Positions 1 through 7,733 of a DNA stretch of 32,000 nucleotides are shown here, piece by piece (the stretch's first letter is position 1; every line of letters begins with the position of its first letter). The notes under the pieces were generated by a model. That model was not told the DNA's origin. It saw nothing but the letters and a program-made list of their open reading frames with translations, and made no database searches. The DNA is from Candidatus Altimarinota bacterium. GTDB taxonomy: Bacteria; Patescibacteriota; Gracilibacteria; UBA1369. The translations under genes were made by a program, and so were the position numbers. Location of the stretch: assembly GCA_041659405.1 (NCBI GenBank), contig JBAZYK010000011.1, forward strand, positions 1-32,000, read 5' to 3'.

Positions 1-251
1 CTTTCAACCCATCAGGCAAAAGATCCCATAACAAGTCATGTTCCAACATAGCAATTTCGTTAAATGATAATTGCTATCATTAAAACTTGATTGCGTAACT
101 TTTTCAAACTAATTATCTACTGATCCAACTTCTGCCCCAGATATGGCTTGCCAAGGTCAAACAAATACGGTAAATTAGCCCCTGCCGTTCGCAAAAAACA
201 CAAAAACGGCAATGCGGAACATTTCCATAATATCCGCATCATCATCTATAT

Positions 252-328
252 GTGCCCGTAGCTCAGATGGATAGAGCGTTGGCTTGCGGAGCCAAAGGTC
301 GCGCGTTCGACTCGCGCCGGGCACACCA
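252..328 (+). tRNA. tRNA-Arg, anticodon GCG, CCA encoded
   Basis: Cloverleaf folded by hand: acceptor GTGCCCG/CGGGCAC, D-arm GCTC-AGATGGATA-GAGC, anticodon arm TTGGC-TTGCGGA-GCCAA (positions 34-36 = GCG), variable AGGTC, T-arm GCGCG-TTCGACT-CGCGC, discriminator A, then CCA. 77 nt. Confidence 0.9.
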
Positions 329-380
329 AATAATAGCGAGAAAACCGTTCCGGGGTGTAGAGACTCACGCCCCTCTCTTA

Positions 381-1733
381 TTAAATTCTCCCCTTATATC
401 CCATAAGTTTTTCAGAAGAATAATATCTGACAAACTTCCCTTCTCTTTTTGCTATCAAAAATCCTTTATTTTCAAGTTCTTTTAAATCTTTAGCGGCAGT
501 TTGACGAGCAACATTATGAATTCCACTATGTGAAGTAACCGTTACACTCGCTTTATCATCCGAAATAAGATGATGAAGTAATTGCTTTTGCCGTTCATTT
601 AAAGACATCTGAGTCCCCAACACATCATCAAATTTGCGGTTCTCCCTGGTTTTTTTATCAATGTAAGACTCAAACTCTTCAAGTGCCTGGATTATTTTTT
701 TAATATGGAAATCATAAAAATAGGTTATATCAAAATTATCCTGTTCACTATAAATGTAGGCCATTGCATATTGCATTGGTGCATGTTTAATAACGGTAGA
801 AATAGGTATATATATCATGGTCCAATAACCTTTCTTCAAAAGATACCAATAAAACAGAGCACGAGCCATACGACCATTACCATCAGTAAATGGATGCAAA
901 TAGCCAATCCAAAAATGTAAAAATATTGCTTTGATAATTGGATGGATAAACTGATCTTCACCCAGATCATTTGCAAAGGCAATAAGCCTTTTTATCTCTT
1001 TATTTAAAAATGCTTCTTTAGGCGGGACATGTGTAACATACGCTTCCGTACCTATAACACCCTGAACTACGATACCATCTTCATCTGTTCTAAATCTGCC
1101 TATTTCATCTTTAGCTATGTCCGTACCTTCCGTAAGCTGTCGATGTAATGCGAACATCAATTCAAGCGACAGCTCTGATTTAGTATACTCAGATTCAATA
1201 GCTATCATGGCTCTATAATTATTCAAAATCATCTGCTCGGATTTATTAGTGGGAATCCTATTTTCCAAGAGCATTTTCTTAGCAGCTGCCCTGGTTGTAT
1301 GAGCACCCTCAAGTTGACTGGAAGCAATGGCTTCTTCCATTATTCCATGAACAATAAGTTGATTTTTATCGGTAGAAAAAAAAGATTTTGGAGAAATTTT
1401 TCCACCCGTACACATATCGATCCGATGCAAATATTCATCAGTATAACGTAAGCGCATCCATCGAAAATTCTTACCTTGTTCTGATTTAATTAATGTCTCA
1501 TTTGAGACTAAATTTCTAAATTGACGAACAAAAAACCACCCCTCCTCCGCAGAAACAGAGTAGTTAGGAATTTTGTATTTTAATTTATCCCAATACAAGT
1601 AATCAGGAAAATTAGACTTCTCGAACAGATCCCGAAGCTTATCTCCAAGAGGATCCAACTTAGATATGATCTCTTTAGTATCCAGTAAGCTTAAATCGGG
1701 TTTTTCAAGATAATATTGTGGCGGAATAGTCAT
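381..1733 (-). CDS. Fic family protein (AMPylase-type), with intramolecular inhibitory helix and C-terminal winged-helix-like region
   Basis: 450-aa ORF. HPFTDGNGRMARAL matches the Fic core HxFx(D/E)GNGRxxR. The upstream SSQLEG fits the (S/T)xxxE(G/N) inhibitory motif. The C-terminal ~70 aa (ARQTAAKDLKELENKGFLIAKREGKFVRY) looks like a wHTH. Confidence 0.9.
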   Translation of the reverse strand: MTIPPQYYLEKPDLSLLDTKEIISKLDPLGDKLRDLFEKSNFPDYLYWDKLKYKIPNYSVSAEEGWFFVRQFRNLVSNETLIKSEQGKNFRWMRLRYTDEYLHRIDMCTGGKISPKSFFSTDKNQLIVHGIMEEAIASSQLEGAHTTRAAAKKMLLENRIPTNKSEQMILNNYRAMIAIESEYTKSELSLELMFALHRQLTEGTDIAKDEIGRFRTDEDGIVVQGVIGTEAYVTHVPPKEAFLNKEIKRLIAFANDLGEDQFIHPIIKAIFLHFWIGYLHPFTDGNGRMARALFYWYLLKKGYWTMIYIPISTVIKHAPMQYAMAYIYSEQDNFDITYFYDFHIKKIIQALEEFESYIDKKTRENRKFDDVLGTQMSLNERQKQLLHHLISDDKASVTVTSHSGIHNVARQTAAKDLKELENKGFLIAKREGKFVRYYSSEKLMGYKGRI

Positions 1734-1837
1734 GTTAAGTTCATGTTAAGTTCATGTTAACACTTAACATGTTATCATCATGTTAGATTAAAAGCAAGGA
1801 TTAACATGTTAAGTTCATATTAATTACATGTTAATGG
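1731..1837 (-). promoter_or_regulatory. Array of CATGTTAA/TTAACATG motifs in the Fic upstream region (candidate operator array)
   Basis: Plus-strand copies at 1731, 1742, 1753, 1768 (inside TTAACATGTTAT), 1779 (CATGTTAG), 1805 (inside the perfect palindrome TTAACATGTTAA, 1801-1812) and 1827, plus the variant CATATTAA at 1816. The first copy contains the Fic start codon. Confidence 0.6.
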
Positions 1838-2155
1838 CTAAATCATCACCAAAAACGCGCCTTCCCCGCCCCTATGAATCGGCGCAAAAGAAAAAGTCTT
1901 AATAAGATCACTGCGTTTTAAATAGTCTTCGATCAGTGGTCTTATTACGGCTTGCCCATCTTTGGAGTGAAGCCCCTTTCCGGTTATGATTAAAACCTTT
2001 TTCAAGCCATCTTTTTCCGCAGTCACCAAAAAATCTTCAATCTCTTCCAAAATTTGATCAGGCGTGAGCAACCCCAATTGGTGAAAATCCAATTGTCTCT
2101 GCGGTTCCGCCAACTCCGCATATTTATTCCCTGATTTTGAAGGATTTTTCTTCAT
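1838..2155 (-). CDS. Smr (small MutS-related) domain protein
   Basis: 105-aa ORF. LDFHQL...VLIITGKGLHS...IHRGGEGAFLV follows the Smr pattern (LDLHG...IIHGKG.HS...GG.GA..V). Its start overlaps the ald stop as ATGA. Confidence 0.75.
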   Translation of the reverse strand: MKKNPSKSGNKYAELAEPQRQLDFHQLGLLTPDQILEEIEDFLVTAEKDGLKKVLIITGKGLHSKDGQAVIRPLIEDYLKRSDLIKTFSFAPIHRGGEGAFLVMI

Positions 2156-3345
2156 ACAACTGCGCCGGCCATCTCGCCAACCATCTCCCGCAAATCCCGA
2201 TACTGCCCCATTAAATCAAGATCTTTAGCCACAGATGGATAAGTTACTTTTCCTCCAAAAGCATTTAAACCCTTGGCAAAGCGACCATCGCCGTTCAAAG
2301 AAACACGAATTGAATTTATAACCCCATCCTTAGCCATTTTCTTTAAATAAGGCAGTGTCGCAGCGGTTAAAGCCTGTGTAGATTGACGAGAAACCTGTCC
2401 CGGCATATTTGCCACACAGCAGAAAATCACGCCATCAATGTTATAAATTGGCTCACTGTGAGTTGTTGCATGAGTTCCCCAAATACAACCACCCTGATCA
2501 ACGGAAACATCCACAACCACGGAACCCTTTTTCATGGAACGAATCATTTGTTCAGTCACAACAACCGGAGCGCGAGTTCCAGGAATCAACACAGCACCAA
2601 CCAGCAAATCAGCCTTGGCAACCCATTCTTTTAAGGTAGCTTCATCCGACTTCAAAATGCGCACATTTTGAAAAAGTTTTTCACCAAGATGTTCGCGGAA
2701 TTCTTTTTTGAGTTGTTCAACGCGAGCCTCACTAATATCCAAAATCGTGACCATTCCGCCCAAACCGGCAGCTGTTCTTGCCGCAGTAGCGCCCACAAAT
2801 CCTCCACCAACCACAACCGTTTCAGATTTATCGGTATTGGTAATAAAACCCAAAGTCACACCACGACCATTATACTTTTTTTGAAGATATTCAGCGCCAT
2901 ATTGCACAGCCAAAACCCCCGCAACCTCACTCATTGGAGCAAGCAGCGGCAAACGGCCCTTGTCATCTTCCACTGTTTCATAAGCCACAGCGGCAATATT
3001 ATTTTCGATCAATTTCAAAGTTAAACCCTTATCAACCGCAGAAAGATGCAGATAAGTGTAAAGAGTCTTGCCCTTCATCATATCCAGCAAATGATATTCA
3101 GCCGGAATTGGTTCCTTAACCTTAACCAAAATTTCAGAAGCTTGAACCACTTCTTCCGGAGTAGCCATCAAAGTCGCACCCGCAGCCTTATATTCCTCAT
3201 CCATAAAACCAGCACCAACTCCCGCACCATTTTGAATAAAAACCTTGTTACCATCTGCAACTAGTTCCGCAGCCCCTTGTGGCGTTAAACCTACACGGTT
3301 TTCATTGTTTTTGATTTCCTTAATACAACCGATGAGAGCACTCAT
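2152..3345 (-). CDS. ald: alanine dehydrogenase
   Basis: 397-aa ORF collinear with Ald as I recall it: IKEIKNNENRVGLTP, MSEVAG, Rossmann GGGFVG, VDVSVDQGG, VANMPG. Confidence 0.85.
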   Translation of the reverse strand: MSALIGCIKEIKNNENRVGLTPQGAAELVADGNKVFIQNGAGVGAGFMDEEYKAAGATLMATPEEVVQASEILVKVKEPIPAEYHLLDMMKGKTLYTYLHLSAVDKGLTLKLIENNIAAVAYETVEDDKGRLPLLAPMSEVAGVLAVQYGAEYLQKKYNGRGVTLGFITNTDKSETVVVGGGFVGATAARTAAGLGGMVTILDISEARVEQLKKEFREHLGEKLFQNVRILKSDEATLKEWVAKADLLVGAVLIPGTRAPVVVTEQMIRSMKKGSVVVDVSVDQGGCIWGTHATTHSEPIYNIDGVIFCCVANMPGQVSRQSTQALTAATLPYLKKMAKDGVINSIRVSLNGDGRFAKGLNAFGGKVTYPSVAKDLDLMGQYRDLREMVGEMAGAVV

Positions 3346-3360
3346 GTGAGATGAGGTTAA

Positions 3361-3385
3361 AGAATTAAAACGACCAAACGGTCGG
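3361..3385 (-). terminator. possible intrinsic terminator downstream of 3474..3944
   Basis: The minus strand reads CGACC-GTTT-GGTCG followed by TTTTAATTCTTT. The stem is only 5 bp and sits about 90 nt after the stop. Confidence 0.3.
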
Positions 3386-3473
3386 AATGAAAATGGAAAA
3401 GAACAACTGCCAAAGTTCTAGCATTCTTAAAGAAGAGCCGTCAATCTTTTTACAACATTTCAGCAAAGACAAC

Positions 3474-3944
3474 CTACAAAACTCTCTTCCTAACTGCGGC
3501 ACCTAAATCTTCCAAAGTTTGACTAACCAAACCGTCTTGTTGCTTCTTAAGCCTATTTTCCAAAATCAATTTTTCTCTTTCTAAAAACGAAAGTACAACT
3601 TCAAAATCCTTCAAAGTTGCCATTGCAGCTCCAAAACTCCAATTCCAGTTTTCTTCACCTGAATCTAAAGTTCCTAAAAGCATTCGCCTCCCCTCAAAAC
3701 TTACCGATAACATTGATCCGGCTACATAATAAAATTCTAACTTTGCTCCCTCCAACAAAGAAATAACAATCCTTGTGCAAGAAGCTTCCTTTTGAATAAC
3801 GCTAATCTGCTGACCGCAAGGCAATTTACCACCAGTCTTGGACTCAAATTCAAAAGCCTTAAAAGCTTCAACAATTCTCAAAAACCTGTCACCACTATTC
3901 CGCAGACCTTCAGCAATATTAGGAAAACCACCTTCAACTGACAT
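3474..3944 (-). CDS. hypothetical protein
   Basis: 156-aa ORF with no competing frame and no motif I recognise. Confidence 0.55.
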   Translation of the reverse strand: MSVEGGFPNIAEGLRNSGDRFLRIVEAFKAFEFESKTGGKLPCGQQISVIQKEASCTRIVISLLEGAKLEFYYVAGSMLSVSFEGRRMLLGTLDSGEENWNWSFGAAMATLKDFEVVLSFLEREKLILENRLKKQQDGLVSQTLEDLGAAVRKRVL

Positions 3945-4023
3945 TTTTAAAAAAGTTAAAATATAATTCCACGCCAGAATTATATTACAAAAATAAAATA
4001 TGTCAACTTACAATTGCTAGATT

Positions 4024-4857
4024 TTAGTGTTCCGGTGAATTAGCATCCGCCTCATGTTCCTTGTGACGCATATCAAAATTCACACCTAAGACAAATTTAG
4101 CATTATAACCGCTCACCCATGGCGATGCGACATGTGCTTGCCCCGCCGCTCCTTCTTCCCCTTCTGGCTGATATCCGCCTCCATTTAAAAACAAAGTTGC
4201 TTTAACAGGTGGCACCTGAAATGTTAACTGCGGTCCACCAACAACATATTGCAAATGTCCTTCAGGATTGCTGGCTGTTTCCGCATGCAGACCCAAGGCA
4301 ATATTTTCCCCTTTATTCAAATAAACATCACTTAAAGCCTCTCCGTAAAAATGGAAATGTTCACCAACATAAGGTTGAAAAAACACTTCTGAACTCATTT
4401 TCAAAGGGCCCAGAGAATTTTCTTTACCCAATTGAATGTAAGGAGCAAAAGCACTATGACCATCCTGATTCTTATAACCGGCACCAAGACCTAATTCTAA
4501 ACCATGAGCCGGTTCCAAAAGAACACCGGCCGCGCCAATCCATTGATGTTCATGTAGCCCAAGTTGTTTGTAAGTGCCCGATCCGCTCAAGGACAAACCC
4601 TTGGCAACTTCAGGAGTAATTGCCCCAGCTTTAAAAACCATTTCAGTCTGCTGAGCACCCGCTTTTCCATGTTCTTCCTGAACAGTTTCCTTTGCCTCAG
4701 TACCAACAGCGCCACCTTCTTCCGCATAAACATTTTTAACAGCCGCGGTTGTCGCAAGTATCGCAGCCAAAGCCGCACCCGCCAATGTTAATTTTGATTT
4801 GTCTCCATTTCCAGAAGATTCAAGACCGGAAAAACGTTCAAGCATAAAAAAATACAT
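4024..4857 (-). CDS. secreted His-rich protein with beta-barrel-like alternating strand pattern
   Basis: 277-aa ORF. N-terminal KSKLTLAGAALAAILATTAAVKNVYA-EE looks like a signal peptide. About 10 amphipathic segments follow (LELGLGAGY, NIALGLHAE, LQYVVGGPQLTFQV, AKFVLGVNFDM). The start could instead be Met5. Confidence 0.6.
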   Translation of the reverse strand: MYFFMLERFSGLESSGNGDKSKLTLAGAALAAILATTAAVKNVYAEEGGAVGTEAKETVQEEHGKAGAQQTEMVFKAGAITPEVAKGLSLSGSGTYKQLGLHEHQWIGAAGVLLEPAHGLELGLGAGYKNQDGHSAFAPYIQLGKENSLGPLKMSSEVFFQPYVGEHFHFYGEALSDVYLNKGENIALGLHAETASNPEGHLQYVVGGPQLTFQVPPVKATLFLNGGGYQPEGEEGAAGQAHVASPWVSGYNAKFVLGVNFDMRHKEHEADANSPEH

Positions 4858-4956
4858 TAAAAATCAGGGGGCACAGCTTACATGCCTTTTCAAAAGAATC
4901 AATCCTAAAAAATTCTGAGCTCATTGCATTTATCCCCTCGCGCAGATTTGCGATGC

Positions 4957-5634
4957 TCAAATCCTTAAACTCTCGATGGCTTTCTTGCGCCCTTCCGCAC
5001 CCACCGCTCCAAAAATATAAGACCCCGCCACCAGAATATTTGCACCGGCTTTAACGCATTGCTTAGCCGTTTCTGCGTTGATTCCCCCATCCACTTCAAT
5101 ATCCAGATTTGGCTTCATTTTGCGCAGAGCTTCAATCTTTCCCAAAGCTGAAGCAATAAATTTCTGTCCACCAAAGCCCGGATTAACGCTCATCACCAAA
5201 ACCATATCCACATCGTCCAAAACCTCTTCAATCATTTCAATTGGAGTTGCCGGATTGATGGAAACCGCAGCCTTAACCGACTCCCCCGCCTCATTCTTAA
5301 AACTTTTAATCTGTTGAATCACCTTAGGCAAATTTTTGCACGCCTCCTGATGAACCGTAATGCTGGCCATTTTGCCGGTGCAACCCACTTTCGCCATCGC
5401 CTTCACAAAATCTTCAATAAAATTTTCCGGGTGCTCGATCATCAAATGACAATCAAGTGGCAAACCCGTTTTAAGCCAAGCCACAACCGGCGCACCAATA
5501 GTAATATTCGGCACAAAATGACCATCCATCACATCCACATGCAACAAATCCACATATGGTGAAACCTGGGCGATTTCCTGGTTCAACTTGCCAAAATCCG
5601 CAGACAAAATTGATGGAGCAATTTTTATATTCAT
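4957..5634 (-). CDS. rpe: ribulose-phosphate 3-epimerase
   Basis: 225 aa. APSILSADFGKL, HVDVMDGHFVPN, VMSVNPGFGGQKF and VDGGI are the canonical Rpe blocks. Confidence 0.92.
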   Translation of the reverse strand: MNIKIAPSILSADFGKLNQEIAQVSPYVDLLHVDVMDGHFVPNITIGAPVVAWLKTGLPLDCHLMIEHPENFIEDFVKAMAKVGCTGKMASITVHQEACKNLPKVIQQIKSFKNEAGESVKAAVSINPATPIEMIEEVLDDVDMVLVMSVNPGFGGQKFIASALGKIEALRKMKPNLDIEVDGGINAETAKQCVKAGANILVAGSYIFGAVGAEGRKKAIESLRI

Positions 5635-5642
5635 AGAAAAAA

Positions 5643-6029
5643 TTAACGGGATTCATTAATAATCGCACGCAAATCTGCGACAGAACGTCCGGGATTTTTT
5701 TGCCCCGAAGCCAAAAGCTGGGTTTGTGAGACCGACAATCCACTATGATCACCGTCTGCCCATTCTTCATCCGGAATCGGCTCTTGCGAATCATTCTGTG
5801 AATCCCCTTCTGGCATATCTCCTGGTTCCGTAAAGAGTTCATCAACAACGTTGACACCAGCAGCCTGCAATTTTTCTCCAATTTTAGCTCGCAAGGCACC
5901 TGGATCATCAGTTTTTCTTAATGTCGCTTTTTCAATCAGTCTTGCTACTAATCCTTCAATCGAATCATCACCCCGTCTTTCACCATCTTTCACATCATCA
6001 TCCCGTCTTTCAGCACCTTCATGTAACAT
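5643..6029 (-). CDS. hypothetical acidic protein
   Basis: 128-aa ORF between rpiB and rpe on the same strand, separated from the rpe start by 8 nt (5635-5642). Very acidic, with a short internal duplication ERRDDDVKDGERRGDD. Confidence 0.5.
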   Translation of the reverse strand: MLHEGAERRDDDVKDGERRGDDSIEGLVARLIEKATLRKTDDPGALRAKIGEKLQAAGVNVVDELFTEPGDMPEGDSQNDSQEPIPDEEWADGDHSGLSVSQTQLLASGQKNPGRSVADLRAIINESR

Positions 6030-6064
6030 AAATTTTTAATATTAAATTATAATCGAACCACAAA

Positions 6065-6550
6065 CTAGCACCTATCCTGAATCTTTGCACCTTTCATACC
6101 TTTATCCAAGGCCATGACCTTTTCCACGCGGCGAACATAGCGTTCTACCGGTTCAAACTCAGTCACATAAAAAATATCAAACATTTTCAGAGCCAGATCC
6201 AAAGGCGTCAAACGGCTTCCAATACATAAAACATTAGCCTTGTTATGCTGACGTGAAAGCTTGGCCATTTCCTCGGAATTACAAAGAGCAGCGCGAATCC
6301 CCTGCATCTTGTTTGCCGTAATCGACATGCCAATTCCCGAACCACAAAACAAAACTCCATAAGAATTTTGATCTTCATTCACTTTTTCGCAAACTTCACG
6401 CGCAATATCCGGATAATCCACCGCGTCCATACTAAAACAGCCCAAATCCACAAACTTTATACTTTTTTCAGTCAGATGTTTTTTGAATTGTTCCTTCATT
6501 TCATAACCGGCATGATCGGTACCAACGTAAATAGTTTTTGGAGAATTCAT
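6065..6550 (-). CDS. rpiB: ribose-5-phosphate isomerase B
   Basis: 161 aa. GTDHAGYEMK, DYPD and CGSGIGMSITANK are RpiB/LacAB hallmarks. Confidence 0.9.
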   Translation of the reverse strand: MNSPKTIYVGTDHAGYEMKEQFKKHLTEKSIKFVDLGCFSMDAVDYPDIAREVCEKVNEDQNSYGVLFCGSGIGMSITANKMQGIRAALCNSEEMAKLSRQHNKANVLCIGSRLTPLDLALKMFDIFYVTEFEPVERYVRRVEKVMALDKGMKGAKIQDRC

Positions 6551-6603
6551 GATTTACAGATAAAAATTAGGTTCAATTTCATTAAACCACAAATCGACTA
6601 AGG

Positions 6604-7542
6604 CTAAAATACCGAAGAAACCGACTTGGATTCATTTACATTTTTGATCGTTTTTGCCAGCAGTGGAGCCACAGACAAAACGTGCAACCCCGGGAACATT
6701 TTATCTTCTGTCACCGGAATGGAGTTTGTCACCACAACTTCCGCAAATTTTGCGATTCTTAAGCGATCGGTTGCCGGAGCCGAAAAAACCGGATGAGTCG
6801 CCACCAGATAAATTTCCTCCTTGGCACCTTTCTTCAAAATGGCTTCACGACCTGCAATTACGGTTCCGCCGGTATCAATCATATCATCATAAATAATACA
6901 GGTTTTATCGGTTACATCACCAACCACCTGCGTAATCACAGAAACATTGTGAGCCGGACGAACTTTATGCAAAATCGCCAGATCCGCACCAATTTCATCG
7001 GCAAAGCGTTTTGCGGCTTTAGTAGCACCGGTATCCGGAGCCACCACCACCATATCCTGCAACTTCTTGCGACGGAAATATTCACCAAAAAGTTTAACGG
7101 TATTCAGGTTATCAACCGGAAAATTAAAGAAGCCCTGCTCTTGATCGGAATGCAGATTTATAGTGATAACATGATCCGCACCGGCAGTTTTTAAAAGATC
7201 AGCAACCAATTTTGCAGTGATCGGTTCACGCGGTGAAGCCACACGATCCTGACGCGCGTAACCATAATGCGGAATCACCACATGGATTCTTTCGGCAAAC
7301 GAACGTTTTACCGCATCCAGCATGATAAAAAGCTCCATTAAATCTTCATTAATTTTAGAAGTTGCCGTTTGAATAATAAAGACATCGGCCCCACGCACAG
7401 TTTGATCCGGCCTGGCATAAATTTCATTGCAGGCAAAACGCGTAATCTTCATTTCCGAAAGTTTCATATGAAGATTTTTGGCTATTTCTTCAGCCAATTG
7501 AGGATGAGACGACCCCGAGAAAATTTTAAGAGGAAGAGCCAT
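6604..7542 (-). CDS. prs: ribose-phosphate pyrophosphokinase (PRPP synthetase)
   Basis: 312 aa. IPHYGYARQDR, VVAPDTGATK and the PRPP loop IIYDDMIDTGGT. Confidence 0.92.
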   Translation of the reverse strand: MALPLKIFSGSSHPQLAEEIAKNLHMKLSEMKITRFACNEIYARPDQTVRGADVFIIQTATSKINEDLMELFIMLDAVKRSFAERIHVVIPHYGYARQDRVASPREPITAKLVADLLKTAGADHVITINLHSDQEQGFFNFPVDNLNTVKLFGEYFRRKKLQDMVVVAPDTGATKAAKRFADEIGADLAILHKVRPAHNVSVITQVVGDVTDKTCIIYDDMIDTGGTVIAGREAILKKGAKEEIYLVATHPVFSAPATDRLRIAKFAEVVVTNSIPVTEDKMFPGLHVLSVAPLLAKTIKNVNESKSVSSVF

Positions 7543-7733
7543 GGAGGTTTGTTTGGGTTATGATGATGCGAATTTTAGCCATTCAAAGCTCATAATCGCA
7601 CGAGCCATAAATGCGCCAAATCCTTGCACGCTCAATTTAAACTTTTTAGCCAAATTTCGCAAATAAACAAAAAATCTTTTTTGGAGCCCGCTTCGCCTGC
7701 AATAAAAACATACATGCGTCACTTCACGCCTTA

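Noticed and set aside
1-49. Possible minus-strand gene start (ATG at 49-47, MLEHDLLWDLLPDGLK...) running off the left edge
   Set aside because: Only 16 codons are visible, which is insufficient evidence.
252-485. 77-aa plus-strand ORF starting at GTG 252
   Set aside because: It is the tRNA-Arg sequence read as protein and then runs antisense into the Fic 3' end, so it is an ORF-finder artefact.
2383-3264. Series of 60-118-aa plus-strand ORFs antisense to ald. Similar ORFs lie antisense to tkt (22775-24209), xfp (17950-20213), tktN (26331-27011), folP (29563-30391), prs (6654-7194) and the GT genes.
   Set aside because: All lie fully inside well-supported genes on the opposite strand. Their products have skewed, low-complexity composition (Ser/His/Asn/Arg-rich). 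This is typical of shadow frames.
329-3345. Direct repeat of the tRNA 3' end (att site) or an integrase marking a genomic island
   Set aside because: Reading downstream of the tRNA, I found no second copy of the tRNA 3' segment and no recombinase gene. The island idea is kept only as a low-interest finding.
5471-5908. 145-aa minus-strand ORF bridging rpe and the acidic 128-aa ORF
   Set aside because: It is out of frame with, and overlaps, the strongly supported rpe N-terminus. The product is Cys/Trp-rich and looks like a nonsense sequence.
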